DNA of 41,155 nucleotides from Callorhinchus milii (Eukaryota), in the NCBI RefSeq assembly GCF_018977255.1, contig NW_024705479.1, forward strand, positions 1 through 41,155, in the 5' to 3' direction. Of this stretch, positions 34,410 through 41,155 are shown one piece after another. The notes beneath the pieces are model-generated. The model did no database searches. It was not told where the DNA came from and saw only the letters and a list, made by a program, of their open reading frames with translations. Made by a program: the position numbers and the translations under genes. Numbering within the stretch: position 1 is the stretch's first letter; every line of letters begins with the position of its first letter.

Positions 34410-35829
34410 TGACTACTTATGATTGCTGGAACTTGCATGTCTTGCTGACCATTGTTGTCACAAATAAAATGCTGAAATTCTCTACTGCTGTTCTGACCAT
34501 TTACGAGGATTGTATGTGTGCAATATGTTGGAAGCGTTTGGCCACGTTTCTTCCCCAAGGCAAGTCTCCTCAATAGCAGCAACTTGTACTAAGGTTTAGG
34601 CTATTGGCTTCAAACAAGCAACTTGCCATGCTTAAAGGATCTGAATCCAGATTTATTTTATTACTTGATGAATCTCTTTCCCCTAAAACATGCTAATGTG
34701 GACATTATGTTCCAGGAACATTTCCCATCACAAACAATTTCAAAGGTACATCAATGTGGTGCAAGGAGGGAGAAACGGAATACTGCTAGCTTTAGGTAAA
34801 AGTTGGGTTGTGGCATTACAACGCATCTGTCCAGACTATCAAAGTGCTGTTCCCCTGGAAAAGACAACCACCCCACCCACGCTGTGGAGGCTTGACGAGA
34901 CATTCTTTGTGGCTTGGCGCTTCAGACCCTTGGGTTCTGATGCAGTGACGCATCCGTCTCCAGCTGCATTAGGGTGATTGCTGGAGAAACTCTGCCTCAA
35001 CGCGGTTCCTCAATAGTTAACTGCTTGGGCATGGCCACCACACATGCCGATAGCCACGAGTCTCCCGTCTACAACTGCCTGAACTCTGGGACCTGTGTTA
35101 AACCATCTGCCTGGAAAACTCTGCTGTTAGGAAGACCGTTTGCATCAAACACGGCCTGGAAATCCTTGACCCCCTCCCTGAGCATGGCCTCCTACCTTTT
35201 TAAAAGTTAACCTGAATAGCGTTTCTCGGTAAAGTCCTCGCACTAAGAAGGATGGACAACCTGTAATTACCATTTCTCCTGGACTTGCTCAATCCTACAT
35301 GATGATGCATGAAACGGTACTCCATTTTTTCGGAGTGATTTGAACGTTCCTTTTAAGTCGTACCTGTTAAAATTAGAAAACACACGAAACATCTACTTGA
35401 CCTATAGCCTGAAATATCATGGTATAAAATTACTTTGTCCTGAACTGAACGTTTGTAATAGTACACTGTAAAAAATATCCGTAATTTTACATGTGAAAAT
35501 ACTTTATTTGCTCACGGAAAAATTACTGTAATGAAAATTTAAACGGAATATCCGTAAATTACGGAGTAGTTCTTTGTGGAATAGCTCGAAGAAAAGGTGG
35601 GAAAGCGATTGAGCAACTTCCTTTTCAACACGCAGCCATATTTCTATTCCTCGGTTTTTGCTGGTAAGACTCTCTGAAATCTAAAGGCTATAAAACACAT
35701 ACTTAAATGATCATCGACAGGACAGCTTTTTTATGTTTTTATTTATAAAAAATACAATTGGACAAAGGCCAGGACCTCAACAAAACGCTAGTACATAGCC
35801 TACAGTTTAATAAAGTGATTTTAACGGGT

Positions 35830-35985
35830 TGCAAAGTGTTCCTGGAGGGCTTAACTACCTATTTGAACTAATTAGTGTTAATTGACCATTTGAATTTCTC
35901 TTCTCGGTTCAGGTGTTGGTCATTTTGGGAGACCTAGAACACATGCTAGACTGTGGCTGCCAGGCCCAGGGTTAAGAACCACTGC
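35830..35985. mobile_element. Possible hAT-type MITE remnant
   Basis: Ends GGTTAAGAACCACTG, resembling hAT/Charlie termini. The left end is degraded. Confidence 0.35.
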
Positions 35986-36070
35986 TGTGGAGGTGCAGCA
36001 GTGTATACTATGATGCTGGTTTGTTTAGACTTATTTTCTAAGCCATTAAAGATTAGCCATTGCACACACA

Positions 36071-36700
36071 ATGTTCAGGTGCTCAATATGTGACTTTAGA
36101 AATGCCTCAGTCACTGCTTATACAAGACACTGCAGGCAGCATAGAAATGTGCATAATGCAGTTTCTTGTGGATTTCCAACTTGTGGTAGTAGATTTTAAA
36201 CTTTTAATTCCTTTAATAGTCATGTTACAAGAGTTCACCATAACTTGAGAGCATAAGCATGTTCAAATACACGACGAAATATATCTGTAGCTTTGAAATG
36301 TTACTGGGATTGTTGCAGTAAAGAATGTGGAACCTTTAAAGAGCTTGTAGGTCACATGAATTATCACCTGCAGGAGGGCCTAGAGGTTATTTGTCCATTC
36401 AAGGGATGTCGTAGGAAGTTTACATTGAAGTCATCATTTACTTCCCATATATCTAGATATCACAAGGGCTGGGGCGTAACAAATATTTATTCAGCTTACC
36501 TGAGTGATGCTGTAGAACAGCCTCATCTACATGAAGAACAGCCATAGCTACATATAGAACATCCCGCAGAAACTGATAACCTAGCTGAGGTAGGAGAGGA
36601 AGAGACACACTGACAATTTAGCCCAGTTTTACTTAAGTTTACAGGCAAAACATCTTGTTCCAGTCTCAACGATCACACACATGGTTAGTGCAAGGCACTT
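36071..36700 (+). pseudogene. EnSpm transposase N-terminus with four C2H2-type fingers; catalytic region missing
   Basis: MFRCSICDF...RHCRQH, CGFPTCGSRF*...SHVTRVH, CYWDCCSKEC...GHMNYH, CPFKGCRRKF...FTSHISRYH, then NLAQFYLSLQAKHLVPVSTI. In-frame stops are present. Confidence 0.75.
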
Positions 36701-36980
36701 CATATGCAAATGGTTTGCTTGTTGTACTTGATTTTGATGTGGGATACTTAAGACTGGGGCAGATAGCATGCATCATAGTAAAACATTAAAGTGAGGTGTT
36801 TTTTGTTCTCCAAGAAAAGATGTCTAACATTGTACCTGATATTGGTGTGTATAAAGTAGAACACATTTGCCAGAGTAAAGTAATTTGTCAAAGCTCTTCT
36901 ATGATTCATAATTACATGCCTCTAACATTTTATCACAGAGGGGAAAACTGCTTTTACTATTGAAGCACAAACTTGTAACG

Positions 36981-39900
36981 ATGGAAAGAAAGCTGCTGAA
37001 GGTGGCACTGCCATCCCTCTGTGAAGACACAACTGAAAGCCTACTACAAAGGCTGCATGAGATTGGGGTAGAGTGTAAAGACGATTTAACCCTGTCAAAA
37101 ATAGAAGACCTGGAGAGAATTATGAGACCAATTCAAGGTCGAAAGCTGCTGCACGCATTCATAGCAGGTATGTTTTTTAAAGTATTGCAATGATAAAAAA
37201 GTAGCCTATACTATGAATTCCAATTTACTAAATTGATTGCTGTGTTTCTAATAAAATGGTGATGATTTCTTATATTGACACTATTAACTTCTTGGGTATA
37301 TAAACATTTGTTTAATGTGATGTGTGTTGTATAAGTATGCAGTGTTTCCCGCAGAAATTTGCATAGGCAAGGCGGTCTGAAACGGAAAAGCCTTCTGGAA
37401 TATATAATATTTGGTGTATGTAGGTGCTTTATAAACATTATGAGGCAGAACTCATTATTTCAAAAATTAATGTTTATTTTGACTTTCTTTTTTGTTTGTT
37501 TTAACTTCAGGACCATCAGCTGCTGTTGAATCTCCCTGTAGAGTTGGATTATGCAGATCGCCTGAGATGGCAACATCAGGAACATGTGTTAGGGACAAAT
37601 TTGAAATTCCGTGGCACAAAATGCCACCTGCTCTGATCCAAACTTTAACTGATTAAAAAAGGCCAACTCCCATGCTTAGAAAATAAATAGTGAAAATAGT
37701 TGGGAATGAACTTCTATTTATTTGAGGCATCCAACATCTGAGCATTTTGAAACTCTGATTGGGATTCCAATTCAAACTAAATTGGCAGAGGAGCTTTCCA
37801 AAAAAGGATCAACGATCACAAAATTAATCTGACAAGTAAAAGCAGCCCCTCCAGATCATCTGAGCACTGAAAATGATGACAACAGCAACACTGAATCACA
37901 ACAATCACTGGCCTGCTGCTTCTTTTGGCTACCTACTTAGGTAACAACCCTACAGAACTGGTCGTTCTTAAAGAGGTTAATTTTCATTTATTAATTAACT
38001 GATTAAATAATGCGTCAAGTTATAAAATACAATTACCTGTTCTAAATTGCAGAAATTATTTGTTCAAATTATGTAAATGAATTTAGTACCCAGTCTTGGA
38101 CTCTACTATATCGAAAACAGTCAAGGCAAATTGACTAACTAAAGGAAAATACCACTGATTTAATTTTGCTTTATGGCCTGATCAGCCAGAATATGATAGA
38201 CCTCTACAATATGCATTTGAATCAGCTACAATAATGTCATATTTTTTGCATTTTTTTTTCATAAAGGAAACTGAAACCGCCAGTTCCATAGTGAAGAGAG
38301 ACCTTCCATCCACCCCATGCATTGTTTCCCTTGGTAAGTCAATTTATAGGAGAACATTTACATCTTATTTCACAGATCCTGATTAGCACTAATCTTAGAC
38401 TACCAATGATTTAGGTAAGTAAATAGAACTAGTGTTAAAGCCTGTGACAGCCCTCCTAAGTGTTTTGCTCCAATGCAAATTGTATTTAACTATGTATTTA
38501 ACTACAACTGAACATTTACATTTTCACAATTTCACAAAATCAAGAGGAACATCTTTTCTTCTTCAGGAAATCTGTTTAGTTAAATTACTGTCATTTTATG
38601 ACTTTTGCTTTGTAATTGTATTTTTCAGGCAAAACGGTGCTGACTGTAGGCCACTTCATGGTTGCTGTAGATGAGATCATTGTGAATGACCACCTTCATT
38701 CTCCACTGACTGCCTTGAGCTTTTTCTTTGCTACTTATTACGTATTAAATAGTCAGTATCCACATACTGCAACCCTTGCACTGGAATTCATTCAAAGGTA
38801 AGATTTTAATCTACTCCACATACTTTAAAATAATGTATGGATTTTGTGGGGCTTGTGGTATGCTAGTGTAACCTTATTCATTATTTTTGGTGGGTGATTT
38901 CTGCATTGGCTGTCAAAAACAGGACTGGATTCTGCGATTCTGATAATTATTATGTGCTGTAAGGTCGATGCACCTATTTTGCCATTTTGTATATTTTAAG
39001 TTATAAGACGAAGAAAAAATACCATCATGCAGAACACTTCCTTTTTTAAACGTTTTATCCAAATTATAATTAGTTTTTTAATTACTATATGTCTATTTAG
39101 GTTCAGAAATAAAGTAATAGCGAGTAGCTTCAAACTTATTCCACATGCAATTAGATCTTAATATGAAGCTTTTGTGACTGCAGGAATCCATACTCTTTGG
39201 TTCTCTCGGTAAAGTCATGTAGGTAGAAAAAAATAAAACAAATATAACCCGTAAAAACAAAGTTTTTCACTATAAATCCTTTATATGCGTGGCGGCTAGA
39301 GTCCTCTCGTCCTCTGGCTTGAGATGGCTGCCACCTATGGGTCAGATGATTGCATTGCACCATTAAGCAATTGGTAATTAAATATAATATTTTTGTCCTA
39401 AAAAGTGTAAAATTTTGGAAAAAACATTTTCACGAACATTAATTGTCACGCACAACGAGTCTGTGTGGAAAATGTCAGCTCGATTGGATCACGGGAAGTG
39501 GGTTAAAAAACGACCGAAAGATTTGCACGGTCGTAAGCAAGCAAGCGAACTTAATATAAAGGATTTAAAAATAAAAATAATTATACTTTTTTGTTTAATC
39601 TTTCTACCTACGTAACTTGACCGAAAGAACCAAAGAGTTTGTAATTATATGTTTTAGAGGGCTAATTAAATACTTGATGTTTTATATTTTTGATAACATA
39701 TGATATACTGATAACTATGAAGTATTGAATGACTAGACAGATACTCATTTACATATGCAGTGGGTTCCAACATGTTTAAGTTGTTGATTGGTTCTTAGTT
39801 TATTTGGTTCAATACTGACCAGAAAATCAGCTTGTTTCTGTTTTTGCTTTTTTTGTTTCTCCTTCCTAACATTTATCCTTTTATATTTTAGATGCCTTGT

Positions 39901-40025
39901 TGGAATTAATCCAGAACGATCAAAAAAACGAGCAGAATCGTGGAAAGAATAGCCACAACACACACCACCGAATCCTGAGACTCCTTTCGGATCTGAGAGA
40001 CTTTGAAACCCCATGGAAGCTCTAA
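36981..40025 (+). pseudogene. Spliced EnSpm accessory gene (SAM-like N-terminus, SAMD3-like C-terminus). Exons 36981-37167, 37511-37975, 38267-38333, 38629-38797, 39892-40025
   Basis: GT-AG junctions with consistent phases. Motifs EIGVECKDDL...EDL...RPIQGRKLL, FEIPWHKMP, LPSTPCIVSLG, FATYYVLNSQYP...LEFIQR|CLVGINPE. Stops in exon 2 and a frameshift in the last exon. Confidence 0.75.
39192..39638. mobile_element. MITE with ~38-bp TIRs in the last intron of the EnSpm accessory gene
   Basis: ACTCTTTGGTTCTCTCGGTAAAGTCATGTAGGTAGAAA ... TTTCTACCTACGTAACTTGACCGAAAGAACCAAAGAGT. Confidence 0.85.
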
Positions 40026-40076
40026 GTCTCTGAAAACACTTTTGAAGACATCTCAACAGCACTTAAGATTTTTTTT

Positions 40077-40253
40077 TCAGTTTACATTGTGTCTATCATA
40101 CCGTAGGTGTATGTTTGTTTACAATATGGCTGCCATACCATGTCAGATTTTCATATTGTTAAAAATAAAATGAAACTGAAGATCTGACATGGTATGGCAG
40201 CCATGTTGTACACAAACATACACATACTGTATTACAGACACAATGTAAACTGA
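40077..40253. repeat. Long imperfect palindrome (72-bp arms, 33-nt loop)
   Basis: 40077-40148 is the reverse complement of 40182-40253 with a few mismatches. Confidence 0.9.
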
Positions 40254-41155
40254 TAAAAGACAAATATATAAAAGTACTCTAAAAGTTTATTCTACCCAGT
40301 GTATTACAATCTCAATACTGATACACTTTTAACCACTACCTCATTCCTTTGGAGTTGGGACTCCTTTCTTTTTATTTGAAAAGTGTTAAAAGCAAGTTGC
40401 TGAATGCAAAAACAGATACACGTAAACTATTCAAACTTTTGAAATTACTATATCAAGAATAAATATCAAGAACTAAACCAGTTTCTTCCAGTACTTGCTG
40501 AAGTGTTTGATTCTGGTGCTGGTTCTCCAGCTTGGAAGCTGTAAAAACTCTTGGAAGTTACTTGCTTTTTCTTCTTCTCATGTTTGTTCCAGATGATTGT
40601 ACACATCCTTACTATACAAAGTTTATCTGTAAAAGGCTAATGCAGAAGCTTTTTTTATTGTTTATTTTTTAAGATCGTTTAATAAAATAGGGTATAATAC
40701 TTTCACAATTCCCTATTTTAAAATATGTTCAAATGCATGTACTATTTCATAAGCCAATGTATGTAGATTTACATATTAAAAAGAAAAGACAATAAAGTCT
40801 TTCACACTACAAGAGCAGTTTTTTCTTTGTTTAGTTTATTGCCAGGAAGAGGTAATGGTGGGGAGCAGCAGCCAAACTGCCCGTGTATATGGTGAAACAT
40901 ATTTCCATTTAAACTAAATCTAATTTGGGTTTTATTTGTTTATAATGGACATTTTTTTATATGGAGTGTCTTTAAAAATATAGAAATTTACAGTAACACA
41001 ATAAAAAAAATCGGTCAAATTACAGAAAATTTTACTGGCAACTTTCTGCCAGAAAAGTTACTGTTAATTTACAGATCTCTATTTTTTTACAGTCATGGGA
41101 TATATTGTTATTTTACTGAATACAACTGTGTTTTTACGGAGAAATGACTGTAAAA

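Larger units (their letters stand above)
35464..41155 (+). mobile_element. Decayed CMC/EnSpm (CACTA-type) DNA transposon; right end at about 41094 or beyond the window
   Basis: TA-CACTGTAAAAAA terminus, subterminal TTAC(A/G)G / C(C/T)GTAA repeats at both ends (35464-35570, 40985-41155), two-gene layout. Confidence 0.8.

Noticed and set aside
34690..35400. Possible coding remnant downstream of the ZP gene
   Set aside because: No convincing motif in any frame.

Overview
Eukaryotic, vertebrate-like genomic DNA in three blocks; the GC-rich LTRs and a TM-anchored ZP gene are compatible with a lamprey-type genome, but that is inference. (1) 1-18172 is a dense retroelement cluster. It holds four Ty3/Gypsy-type LTR elements or fragments: one full-length gag-pol element with 4-bp TSD AAGG, one non-autonomous element with TSD CATG carrying tandem arrays in place of pol, one apparently chimeric element, and one 3' end. 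It also holds an RTE LINE 3' fragment, a probable SINE and a Penelope 3' fragment with GIY-YIG endonuclease and a minimal hammerhead ribozyme. (2) After a 30-N gap, ~18203-32150 looks like random or shuffled sequence: no recognisable genes, repeats or low-complexity tracts. I support no biological feature there. (3) ~32150-41155 contains the last four exons of a zona pellucida (ZP2/ZPB-like) gene, MITEs, and a decayed CMC/EnSpm DNA transposon with a zinc-finger transposase remnant and a spliced accessory gene. The best candidates for something new are a conserved, apparently structured ~80-nt non-coding module shared by three LTR elements with different LTRs, and the array-carrying non-autonomous element. 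No database searches were run.
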